A stretch of DNA of 64,000 nucleotides, taken from positions 1 through 64,000 of the forward strand of contig CAZERA010000004.1 of the NCBI GenBank assembly GCA_964514565.1, in the 5' to 3' direction. The translations under genes were made by a program, and so were the position numbers. The notes beneath the pieces were generated by a model. That model searched no databases. It had not been told where the DNA came from and saw nothing but the letters and a program-made list of their open reading frames with translations. Shown piece by piece: positions 19,643-29,400 of the stretch; the first letter of the stretch is position 1; each line of letters starts with the position of its first letter. This DNA comes from an uncultured Candidatus Peribacteria bacterium. GTDB lineage: Bacteria > Patescibacteriota > Gracilibacteria > RBG-16-42-10.

Positions 19643-21073
19643 TTATTGTGGAGTTTTGTTATAGTTTTCGATATCCACATTGGCAGGTTCAATTGCTTTG
19701 TCATCAGCAGTTAGTATGTCAGCTCCTAAGATGACGGTGATACCGACGCTGCTATACATTTTTGGTTCGGGATTCTCGGCTACAATCTCGCCTTTGCCTA
19801 GCACTCTTTGGGCGTCTTTTAGTAGTTCCAAATTGCCACCACCACTATTGTCTATCAACAATGTCTTGGGATATTGTTTCTTGTTGTAGGTGTTTCGGAT
19901 ACCATACTGAGACAAAATAGTAATGCCTTCTTGTAAAAATTTCTCACTGATTTGTCCAGCTAGACCTACCACTTTTGTGCCGTTGAGTACTTCGATTGGT
20001 ACAGTACCTTTGAGTGCTCGAACAGGATTTTCTAGTACGCGAGCTACATATTTTTGGATAGCTGTGAAGTCTCCACCAATTGGCAATAAGAACCAGGCTC
20101 CACCGATCAGACTTTGACGCACTTCCAGTGTTGGTACATACAAGAGTTCACCTGGACCTTCTTTGAGTACTACTTCATATACATGATCCTTGTCTACTTT
20201 TTTCCAACGTGCTGCTAAATCCAACATGTCGCGCACTGGGATATTGGTCTCATAGCTTTTCTGTAAAGCATTGGCAGTGTCTACTAGGGGGGTCATGTCG
20301 CTACCAAGTAAGACATCTTTGATGCGATCCTTGAGCCGAGCAATAATTTCTTGTTGGCGACGGGAGCGATCAAAATCTGAAGCTACTCCTTCACCGGTAG
20401 TGAGATTGACGCCATGGCGTGAACGCACATATTGAAGCGCTTTTTTGCCATCCATCTTTTGCATCCCTTCTTCGAAACGTACTGTGATATATGAGTAGTT
20501 GGCTCCGGGGAATTCACGATCGACAAAGCCTGGATTGACATTAACATCAAGACCATTCGGACCAGATAAAGCATCAAAAATATTGATGAAGCCGTTGAAA
20601 TCAACATACGCATAATATTGAACAGGCAGTCCTGTGATGTTTGTAACAGCTTCAAGCATCAAGTCAGCACTATGTGCTTCACCGAGCTGATGTTTGGCTA
20701 AAATATAGAGAGTATTGATTTTGCGGTAACCGAATTTGTCTACTTTGATTACTAAATCACGAGGAATCGAAGTGAATATTACCTGATCGGGGCCATTACA
20801 GACTGACGCTACCATAATACTATCTACTAGTTCCGATCCATCGTCATAGTCCTTGCCTCCCCCGCCCATCAAGAGAATATGGCTACAGCCATTTTCATCT
20901 TTTTTTGTTTCGTTGCCGGGTAGTTTTTCGATTAAAGTGACTGGATCTTTAATCCCTTGAAATATCGCTTGGGTGGTGTGAAACATAAAGAATCCACCAA
21001 ACCCGAGTAAACCTACTGCTGCAATGCTCAACGCTACAAATAATCCTGATTGCCCGTGATTTTGATCAGTCAT
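19643..21073 (-). CDS. LCP (LytR-CpsA-Psr) family phosphotransferase with C-terminal LytR_C domain
   Basis: N-terminal TM; DSIMV, SIPRDL, ALQYVRSRH, SDFDRSRRQQ; IEVLNGT..GLA. Confidence 0.92.
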   Translation of the reverse strand: MTDQNHGQSGLFVALSIAAVGLLGFGGFFMFHTTQAIFQGIKDPVTLIEKLPGNETKKDENGCSHILLMGGGGKDYDDGSELVDSIMVASVCNGPDQVIFTSIPRDLVIKVDKFGYRKINTLYILAKHQLGEAHSADLMLEAVTNITGLPVQYYAYVDFNGFINIFDALSGPNGLDVNVNPGFVDREFPGANYSYITVRFEEGMQKMDGKKALQYVRSRHGVNLTTGEGVASDFDRSRRQQEIIARLKDRIKDVLLGSDMTPLVDTANALQKSYETNIPVRDMLDLAARWKKVDKDHVYEVVLKEGPGELLYVPTLEVRQSLIGGAWFLLPIGGDFTAIQKYVARVLENPVRALKGTVPIEVLNGTKVVGLAGQISEKFLQEGITILSQYGIRNTYNKKQYPKTLLIDNSGGGNLELLKDAQRVLGKGEIVAENPEPKMYSSVGITVILGADILTADDKAIEPANVDIENYNKTPQ

Positions 21074-21136
21074 AATACAAACAAAAGTTCTTTTCCAAGA
21101 TAGAGTCTTTTGGATGTTTTGTCATCCTTTCTCTTC

Positions 21137-21223
21137 TAGTGAATAGCTAATAATGAATAGTGAAAAGTTTAGCGGCAATTGGTTGTTACTAAACTATTCG
21201 TTTTTTATTATTCATTATTCACT
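21137..21223. repeat. Dispersed inverted-repeat element (family B, copy 2)
   Basis: 29-nt exact match to 5305-5333 and near-identical right arm CTAAACTATTCGTTTTTTATTATTCATTATTCACT. Confidence 0.8.
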
Positions 21224-21289
21224 CCCCTGATAACCAGCTTGGCCAAGGTACAAAACTTATGTATAAGATAAGATACATTTAGGAATTTT

Positions 21290-22207
21290 ATGAACAAACC
21301 AAAAGTATTGATAATTGGTGCCGGTCCTGCCGGTTTTACGGCTGCTTTGTATGCTGCTCGTGCTGCATTTGATGTTACATTATTGGCAGGCCCTCAACCT
21401 GGCGGGCAGCTTACTACTACTACTTTAGTTGAAAACTTCCCTGGTTTCCCTGAGGGCATCTTGGGCCCTGAACTGATGGCCAATATGCAGAAACAAGCAG
21501 AAAAGTTTGGAGCTCAGATTGTTTACGAGACTGCTATGAGTATAGACATGGAAAAGAGACCGTTTGTAGTTACTAGTGATGCGAGTACATACACTGTAGA
21601 TGCTGTGATCATCGCTACAGGCGCATCGGCTCGCTACTTGGGTGTGCCCAATGAAATGCGTTATGTTGGTCGGGGCTATCATACCTGTGCTACGTGTGAT
21701 GGATTTTTTTATCGCAACAAACATGTAATAGTGGTAGGTGGTGGCGATAGTGCGATGGAAGAGGCTCATCATCTTGCCAAGATGGCTGACTCCGTTCTTC
21801 TGATCCATCGTCGCGATTCCTTTAGAGCAAGCAAGATTATGCAAGATCGTGTATTACACGATCCCAAGATTACTGTCTTGTGGAATTCTCAGATTGTAGA
21901 GTTCGTAGGTGAAAAGAAAGTAGAGAAAGTAATAGTAGAAGATGTTAATACCCATGAGAAAAAAGAAATTGTGATCAATGGTGTCTTTGTTGCGATTGGT
22001 AATGATCCCAATACTGCATTTGTAAAAGGTAAATTGGATATGTTGGATAATGGCTATTTAGTACCAAAAGAAAGAAGCATGTCCAACGTGCCGGGTATAT
22101 TTGTTGCCGGTGATGTAGAAGACTATACCTATAGACAGGCAATTACAGCTGCAGCTGATGGATGTAAGGCTGCACTGGATTGTGAAAAGTGGCTGGCTCA
22201 GAAGTAG
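21290..22207 (+). CDS. trxB: Thioredoxin-disulfide reductase
   Basis: GAGPAG, CATCDG, GGGDSAMEEA, AGDV, RQAITAA. Confidence 0.96.
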   Translation: MNKPKVLIIGAGPAGFTAALYAARAAFDVTLLAGPQPGGQLTTTTLVENFPGFPEGILGPELMANMQKQAEKFGAQIVYETAMSIDMEKRPFVVTSDASTYTVDAVIIATGASARYLGVPNEMRYVGRGYHTCATCDGFFYRNKHVIVVGGGDSAMEEAHHLAKMADSVLLIHRRDSFRASKIMQDRVLHDPKITVLWNSQIVEFVGEKKVEKVIVEDVNTHEKKEIVINGVFVAIGNDPNTAFVKGKLDMLDNGYLVPKERSMSNVPGIFVAGDVEDYTYRQAITAAADGCKAALDCEKWLAQK

Positions 22208-22356
22208 AGCAGAGGTCAGAGATTTTTTTGCCTACTCGTAGTTCTCATTCTCATCATTATTTTTATTCTTCGATCGCGCTAAAATAAGCCTAACTTGGAG
22301 AAGTCCCTTTTAGTTAAGGATGCGGATTAGGATAAGACGATTGCTAGCCGCGATCG

Positions 22357-22432
22357 TGGTGGGACTGCCGGGATTTGAACCCGGGACCGTTTGCTTAAGA
22401 GGCAACTGCTCTACCAACTGAGCTACAATCCC
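22357..22432 (-). tRNA. tRNA-Lys(CTT)
   Basis: Reverse complement GGGATTGTAGCTCAGTTGGTAGAGC...CTCTTAA...GGTTCAAATCC...ACCA, 76 nt. Confidence 0.93.
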
Positions 22433-22642
22433 ATATATAAACACGGAAGCGACAAGAACATAATCAAATTCCTTGAAAAAGGCAACAGGAAATAAAGGTT
22501 ATGATTGAGATGCAATCTACGGTAGCGATCATTTTGTGCAACCCAATAACGACTCACCTGTCTTGATAAAGGCATAGTTCAGGTATAAGAAGATCACGTT
22601 AGCTATTAGCACTAATGAGTCATTTATTTCTTTTGTTATTTT

Positions 22643-24190
22643 ATGCAGCTTGCCAAATCTAACCAGTACACGTTTTTATACCAATTTGTTTTTGCTGTTA
22701 TTTTGGTTGTTTTTGCCGCTGTCTTTATTCGGACAGCTTGGCTTGGTGATGATGCATTTATTACTTTTCGCACAATAGATAATTTAATTCATGGTCATGG
22801 TTTAGTTTGGAATATTGGAGAGCGCGTACAGACCTTCACCCATCCTCTGTGGTTATTACTTTTGGTATTACCATATTCTTTGACCCATGAAGCTTATTTT
22901 ACAGTTATATTTTTTTCCATCCTGATCAGCTTGGGGACTGTCTATTGGTTGATGGCCAAGCTTACCAATTCACTATCAGTTTCTTTAGTTATTGGCACTG
23001 TTCTTTTGGCATCACATGCTTTTATTGACTTCTCTACGTCAGGCCTAGAAAATGTACTTACCCATATTCTGATCGTACTTTTCGGGTGGATATATTTAGG
23101 GAATTCACTTCCAGCCAATAAAAAGTTTTTTATTATGTCTTTGCTAGCAGGGCTAGCTACTGTTAATCGCTTGGATACAGTAATTTTGTTTTTGCCAGTG
23201 TTGTTAGTGGAATTATTTAGCCAATTTTCCTGGAAAAGGCTGGGATGTCTCATCCTTGGTATGCTCCCTGTTGTTATTTGGGAAACTTTTGCTCTGATTT
23301 ATTATGGATTTTTGTTCCCTAATACCTATTATGCAAAGGTAGCTACTGGTATTCCTTTAATGGAGCTGATACATCAAGGTTTTATTTATGTCATCAATAG
23401 CCTTACACTCGACCCTGCTACTTTACTGACAATAATTAGTTGTGTGATATTAGCTTTTATTCTTCGTAAGTTTCAATCACAACTTTTGGGGGTGGGATCT
23501 GTTCTTTATATTTTGTATGTAGTGAGTGTCGGTGGAGATTTTATGTCAGGGCGTTTTTTCTCTGCGCCGTTTTTATTAGCGATTGTCGCTTTGATTCCAT
23601 TACTGGAATTCTGCTTAGCTTCATTTGAAAAACAACAAACTAAACTTGTGCTCGGTAGTGTCAGTCTATTCTGCATAGCAACTTTACTAGTTCTCAGCGC
23701 GCCCCTTATTAGAAACCCGGAAATTTTACCAACTGGCATTACTGATGAACGTAGTTTCTTTTTCGCTACCAATGGCTTGAGTAACATTGTTCGTAGTAAA
23801 GTTACGCCTCCTCATTCATGGGCGCTTTATGGTGCTAGCGAAGGTACTAAAGCTGCTAGTGCTGGTGAAAGTCGTCATATCGTTGATTTCCCTAATGTTG
23901 GTATGTTGGGATACTTTGGTGGTCCTAATGTATATCTAATTGATTATTTAGGGCTAGTTGATCCTTTCCTAGCACACCTGCCGATTAATTTGGCCAATGA
24001 GTGGCGAGTTGGACATTATGGCAGAATATTGCCTGCTGGTTATGAAGCTAGTAAACAAAGTAATACTAATCTGATCACTGATCCTAAGTTGGCTATGATG
24101 TATGATGACGTGCAGATCATTATTAAAGATCCTTTATTTAGTCCGGTACGTTGGCAAAAGATTTTACAGTTTAATACTTTAGGTTATTGA
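22643..24190 (+). CDS. GT-C membrane glycosyltransferase (AftB-like)
   Basis: DDAFITFR..DN...G.GLVWN.GERV..FTHPLW; SGLE; PNTYYAK; GGDFM..RF; multiple TMs. Confidence 0.8.
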   Translation: MQLAKSNQYTFLYQFVFAVILVVFAAVFIRTAWLGDDAFITFRTIDNLIHGHGLVWNIGERVQTFTHPLWLLLLVLPYSLTHEAYFTVIFFSILISLGTVYWLMAKLTNSLSVSLVIGTVLLASHAFIDFSTSGLENVLTHILIVLFGWIYLGNSLPANKKFFIMSLLAGLATVNRLDTVILFLPVLLVELFSQFSWKRLGCLILGMLPVVIWETFALIYYGFLFPNTYYAKVATGIPLMELIHQGFIYVINSLTLDPATLLTIISCVILAFILRKFQSQLLGVGSVLYILYVVSVGGDFMSGRFFSAPFLLAIVALIPLLEFCLASFEKQQTKLVLGSVSLFCIATLLVLSAPLIRNPEILPTGITDERSFFFATNGLSNIVRSKVTPPHSWALYGASEGTKAASAGESRHIVDFPNVGMLGYFGGPNVYLIDYLGLVDPFLAHLPINLANEWRVGHYGRILPAGYEASKQSNTNLITDPKLAMMYDDVQIIIKDPLFSPVRWQKILQFNTLGY

Positions 24191-25434
24191 TCATTGTCTC
24201 TATGCTAAATAGGTCTTTTTTTCAGCTTAAATCTTTATTTGAGTTGAAATACATGGTGGGAGTTTCTATTGTGCTGGCTTTGCTTATTGGGATCTATTTA
24301 CAGATGGCTTTTGGCAGCATCAATGGCTTCCTACTTAGCCTAGATCATCACCAAGGTTTATTTGTTGACTATATTAATCACTATCAAGTGATGGGCGCAG
24401 AAATCTTCATTACTAAACTACCAAGTTGGGGGTTTTACTACTCGGCTTTTTTTGCGATTATTTTGTATCCAATTACTAATCTTTCGTCTGGCTTATTTAT
24501 ATGGGCAGGGGTACAAGTTTTTACTCTTGTTGGGCTGTTTTTACTTTCTGCTGGGATATTCTGTCGAGGGAACTCACTCCGCTATCTCCCTATTTTTACT
24601 CTGTTTTATTTTGCTAGTGTCCCTCTGTGGCATAACTTCCGTTGGGGACAAATAAGTACTTTGCTGACATTGTTAGCAATCGGTGCTTTTTATCTTCTAT
24701 CAAAAAGAAGAATATTGAGTGCTTTGATAGCTTTGGCGGTAGCTATCTCTATTAAATTTTATTTGTTGATACTTGTGCCATTTTTCTTGATCTCTAAGCA
24801 GTATTTGTATTTTGTTTATGTCCTTTTACTGAGCGTTTTTTTGATTTTCGTTGTGCCATCTGTATTTTTAGGAATCACTGGAACACTTAATTTTTATACG
24901 CATTTACAACAAACTCTATCTGCGCTTGATCCCACACTTGATGCCAATTCTCAATCATTCAGTGCGGTAATAGGTAGGCTGTTTATTGGCGATCCAACAA
25001 ATATTGTGCAAGCTCATAAATATTTGATTTCAGCTGGTATTTTTCTTGGCTTAGCCAATGTTGTGCTTGGATATATTTACCTTCGCAAGAAGGTAGTTTC
25101 AGCTTCATGGTATATCTTTTGTCTCTTGCTTGGCAGTATACCTTTAGTAATTAGTACTTCTTGGCCTCATTACTTTGTGTTTTTACCAATTTCTCAGCTG
25201 TTTCTACTTACTCTCAATTTGTCGATTAATTTGCGTTGGTATCGGATCTTTAGACTAGGACTAATTATACTATCAGCATTATTAACAAATGTGATTTTCT
25301 TTAGATATATTGGTGACTACTTTGTGTTTTCTAGTAGCGGCTATTATTTATTTTCAGATCTTTTAGTGCTGTCTGTTTGTTATTTAGATATGTTATTTGT
25401 CTGGCGCTTTAATAAGCCAGTATCTTCAAAGTGA
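24187..25434 (+). CDS. GT87/DUF2029-like GT-C membrane glycosyltransferase
   Basis: D...Y, F.Y, N...GQ, IKFY, SQS, SWPHY motifs in a polytopic membrane protein; exact start uncertain. Confidence 0.7.
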   Translation: MIIVSMLNRSFFQLKSLFELKYMVGVSIVLALLIGIYLQMAFGSINGFLLSLDHHQGLFVDYINHYQVMGAEIFITKLPSWGFYYSAFFAIILYPITNLSSGLFIWAGVQVFTLVGLFLLSAGIFCRGNSLRYLPIFTLFYFASVPLWHNFRWGQISTLLTLLAIGAFYLLSKRRILSALIALAVAISIKFYLLILVPFFLISKQYLYFVYVLLLSVFLIFVVPSVFLGITGTLNFYTHLQQTLSALDPTLDANSQSFSAVIGRLFIGDPTNIVQAHKYLISAGIFLGLANVVLGYIYLRKKVVSASWYIFCLLLGSIPLVISTSWPHYFVFLPISQLFLLTLNLSINLRWYRIFRLGLIILSALLTNVIFFRYIGDYFVFSSSGYYLFSDLLVLSVCYLDMLFVWRFNKPVSSK

Positions 25435-25510
25435 GGTTAAACATCTTAGGCAATTGACTACTTTTACAGCCATTTGAAGTAGCTGAACTGAGATTTTGTG
25501 GTGATTTTCC

Positions 25511-25539
25511 TTGACATTTGTGAGGTTATTTTTTAGGTT
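25511..25539 (+). promoter_or_regulatory. Probable promoter for the tRNA-Gly locus
   Basis: TTGACA-N17-TAGGTT. Confidence 0.5.
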
Positions 25540-25576
25540 GTTGCTGGTTTACAAAAGCATGTTCATATAGAGCGAT

Positions 25577-25620
25577 GCGGGAATAGCTCAGCCCCAAAGG
25601 GGCCCCTTCGGGGTTGGTAG
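25577..25620 (+). pseudogene. tRNA-Gly 5' fragment interrupted by a 22-nt palindromic insertion
   Basis: GCGGGAATAGCTCAG-[CCCCAAAGGGGCCCCTTCGGGG]-TTGGTAG; without the insert it equals the first 22 nt of the tRNA at 25662. Confidence 0.75.
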
Positions 25621-25661
25621 TGCAGTTAAATTGTTTCTGGCCGCGGTAAATTTCAATGTTT

Positions 25662-25737
<76 letters not shown>

Positions 25738-25862
25738 AATATCATAGTAGGCTCTAGTTATCATCCTTATCCATTTGGTTAAAGATGATTTTTTGTAATA
25801 AGTCGATTATTCATATTTGAAGGATAAGTATTGAGGTCAGCCTTTCGAATGAGCGGCCATCT

Positions 25863-25895
25863 CTCTGATCTCTGCTCTCGCATCTCTGATCTAAT
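25863..25895 (-). repeat. AGAG(A/G)TC heptamer repeat (family C)
   Basis: Reverse complement matches 59091-59123 at 28 of 33 positions; shorter copy at 22206-22222. Confidence 0.7.
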
Positions 25896-25931
25896 CATAG
25901 TATGATCTTGACGTTGTCTTATCATTATTTT

Positions 25932-26435
25932 ATGAACTGGTTCAAAAAAATGCTTGTTTTGGTAGCTGTGCCTTTAGTCCTCGCTGGTTGTGGTGCCAAT
26001 CTCCAGACTTTCAAAAATGATAGCTTTACTATTAGTTATCCTCAAGAATGGATTGCTTCTACCAATGATGCTGCTAGTATTTTTACTGCTTCACATGCCA
26101 ACCGTACTGCTCGTCGTGTAGATGGCATCTTGATGGTGCAGACTCAGGCTACTACTGAAACAAATTTAGCCAACTTGATCGCAGCAAATAGTGCTTCATT
26201 GCAAAGTACTGCTGTGAATCAAAATATGCAGACTGATAAAGTGAAGGTATCTAATCAAGATACTACTATGTGGAAATATGACCGTACTGCCGCTGAGAAT
26301 AAAAAAGTCTCTTTCCGTCAGACTATGATTTTGTCTAAAGGCGTTCTTTATACAATTACAGCTACTATTGAAGATACAATTACTAATGTGAGTGACGTGG
26401 AGGCTGCCGTGAAGAGTTTTGTTGCCGCCAGTTAG
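25932..26435 (+). CDS. Lipoprotein, PsbP/DcrB-like fold
   Basis: Lipobox LAGC after MNWFKK; FTISYP.EW motif; C-terminal VKSF. Confidence 0.75.
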   Translation: MNWFKKMLVLVAVPLVLAGCGANLQTFKNDSFTISYPQEWIASTNDAASIFTASHANRTARRVDGILMVQTQATTETNLANLIAANSASLQSTAVNQNMQTDKVKVSNQDTTMWKYDRTAAENKKVSFRQTMILSKGVLYTITATIEDTITNVSDVEAAVKSFVAAS

Positions 26436-26493
26436 TTCCCACTACTTATCGGATAGTAAATCAGGTATAATTGAAAGATTATCTTAATTTACT

Positions 26494-29400
26494 ATGTCTG
26501 CCCCTCTCAGACGGTCTGTGGAATGGAAGCAATCGATGGCTCAGCAAGCGGATATATTACAGGCTGTCCTAAGTAGTATTACTCCTGAAGAGAAAGCATT
26601 AAAAGTAGCCAGGTCGCGACATGATCAGCAACTGGCCAGTATGGGTGAAATAATGCCTGAAAGTCACCCAGTCGTGTCCTATGTTGCAAGCTTAGTAAGC
26701 AAATTAGTTTATCCAGCTGGCGTAGAAACTCTTTGTGTAGATACTGAACAATTTCTTGGGTACTTCCATCCCAATGCTAATCGTATTGTTATTAGTCGCG
26801 GATTATTACGGCATTTAAAGTTAAACATTAAAGAGTTTAGCAGTGATCATATTGGGGCAGTTTTGGCTCATGAAAAGCAGCATGCTTTAGCTGAAGAGGT
26901 AACGCCTGTTAAAAACTTAGATAATGGAGAGGCCTATTTAGCTACCCATTCGCCTTCTGAAGAACTTCGAGCTGATGCTGAAGGAATGGAAGATATGGCT
27001 AGAGCGGGATTCAACCCTAAAGCGATGCGTGAGATGCTCATTTCATTTGGTTTAACTGGTGGACGTTATGATATGGCTCATCCTGAGATTTTGGATCGAG
27101 TTCATCATTTAGATAATCGCTTTGCTGATGATGAACACCCAGTGACTCGTACTGCTCAGCCGTATCAAGTTATACCAGCTGCAGTATTGAAATGGTGTGG
27201 TGAACTTAGTTCCGTTTATGATGAGACTGAAAATCTCTTAGCTAGTTCTGCCATTGCTCTTGGACATGAATTACAGTCTGCTGATTCGTTAGATCGATTT
27301 AATAAAGTGCTTAAAGTTAAGCGACATAAAGAAGCTTTGGCGGGTTTAAAATATGCTGCTGAAGATTTGAAGGTAGCTGAACTATGGACTGATAGTGTTC
27401 TTGGTAGAGCTGCAAATAATTTAGTAGAGCTTTTTAAAGAAGCTAAAAGTAGCAAAGATGATCATAGGGTTTGGATTGATAGCTTAGTTGAAAAGAATAT
27501 TGATAAGCTTCTGGAGCATTTGAAGCTTACAGATATCGAATTACCCAAGCCCCAGGAGATTGATAACATTGAAGCTAGAGTCGATAGTCACCATATCCAG
27601 GTAGGTTTACGTGCTTTGCCATTTCAATCAAATGAGTCGACCATACCTTTAGTTGCTGATAAGCAAGCAGTATTTGATTCAGGTATTGCTCTAAGTACTG
27701 AGCTTTATCATAACTATCTAGGGCAACTACTTGATAAGTTGTCTTTAGCTGAAGATGATCCAGATCTCACAGCCTTACTAATCGATGGGCAACCTTGGGG
27801 AGCTTATTTAAAAAAACTTAAAGAGGCATTTCGTATCCGAGCTATCTCAGATGAACTATTAAAAGCTATCTACCAAGGTTTAGACACTGCTTATGTTGAA
27901 GATCAGAGAAGGAAAAAAGATTCTACATTGGCTAAGAGTGGTCGTAGAGCATCAGAAAAAAGTAAACTTACTTGGGACTTAAATGATCCTGCAGTGTTAG
28001 CTGAATTAAAAACAGCTGGTAAGCTTTCTGTTGCTAACTACTATGTTTCTAGTCCTGGGGAGGAACAAGAAATTGAACGAAAGTTTCAATCCTTATTGGT
28101 TTCAGAGTTAGATTGTGACCCTTTAACTGCTGAGAAGTTAACAGCTTGGAGGTTTGGGAAGATGGATATGCCAGGTTGGCAAGCATATTTGAAAACACTT
28201 GCTCGTGACAATCTTGTCAGAGTCATTGCTGATGTTGAGCGTTTCCAAAACAAAAATACAACGATTCTAAAAACTTCACCACTTAGAGAGCTTCATGTCG
28301 CATTTTCAATTTCAGAAGGAAATAATTATGGTAATGGCGAAATCCAACCATTAAGTACCAATTATCAACATCATTTCCGTGGTGGTGGGGTTGATAATAT
28401 GGGGCATGGGTTAGATGCACTTAGCTATCAAGTTGCTTGGGAAATATATAGTAGAGCATATCCTGCAGATTATTTCGAAACTTTTGTTTCTTATAAGAGA
28501 CCCAATGAACTAGATATTACTGATGATGAATGGGTGACTATTGGTAGTTTTCAGCATTCACCGATGTTTGAAGAGTTTAGGTATCATGCTTTGCAAAAGT
28601 TTTTAAAAGTTGGAGGTGATCCTAAGTTGATGGGACAGCCAGCTTGGCAGGCATTGGTCGAGCATGGAGGTTTTCCTTTATCTTATGACCATGAACCGCA
28701 GTTGGTTTGGGCTGAAATTGCTGCTTTTATAAAAATTAGTCCTTGGTCTGCTGAAGAGACCCAGGAACATCTAAGAGAATTCTTATCTTCGAGTCAGGTT
28801 GGCGGCGATTTATCTTCAATCAAAGATAAAGGATCTGTATCATCTTTTCTTAAAGATATGTACAGGCTCTCAGTCGATCATCCGATTGCTACTGCCAGTC
28901 CTAGGAACAGAACTGACATATCTCCTCTTTCCATTGCTAATAAAATTTTAGATATATCTGTTGCTATTGAACGCGAGAAAGATAAAACCGCGTCTCTAGT
29001 AACTATTATTGAAGATGTTGTTGCACAAGGAGTAGAGCTTTCATTTAAATATTTATCAAAATACCTTCTGCAAGAAATTGCGCAGTTATCTGTAAATGAA
29101 AAGGTTCGCCTGCATGAGCTAGCAGAGACGATATCCAGTGTAGAAAGTCCTACCTTGGCACAAGTTATGGATATAGCGTTACTTGGCCCTCAAATAACTA
29201 TAGATGATTTTGAAAGTATGCAGGAAAGTAAAGTTCCTGTGAGGTTTATTGATCAATGTATATCTTCTTATGGAGCTCAGAAATTAGTAGCTTTAATTAG
29301 CACTATTTTACCTCAGGCAGGCTTGCGTGATGAATACTTAGTCTGTATTTGGGAAACTTTACCTAGAGTTGACGATGAAAAGAACCTTGTTTGGTTACTC

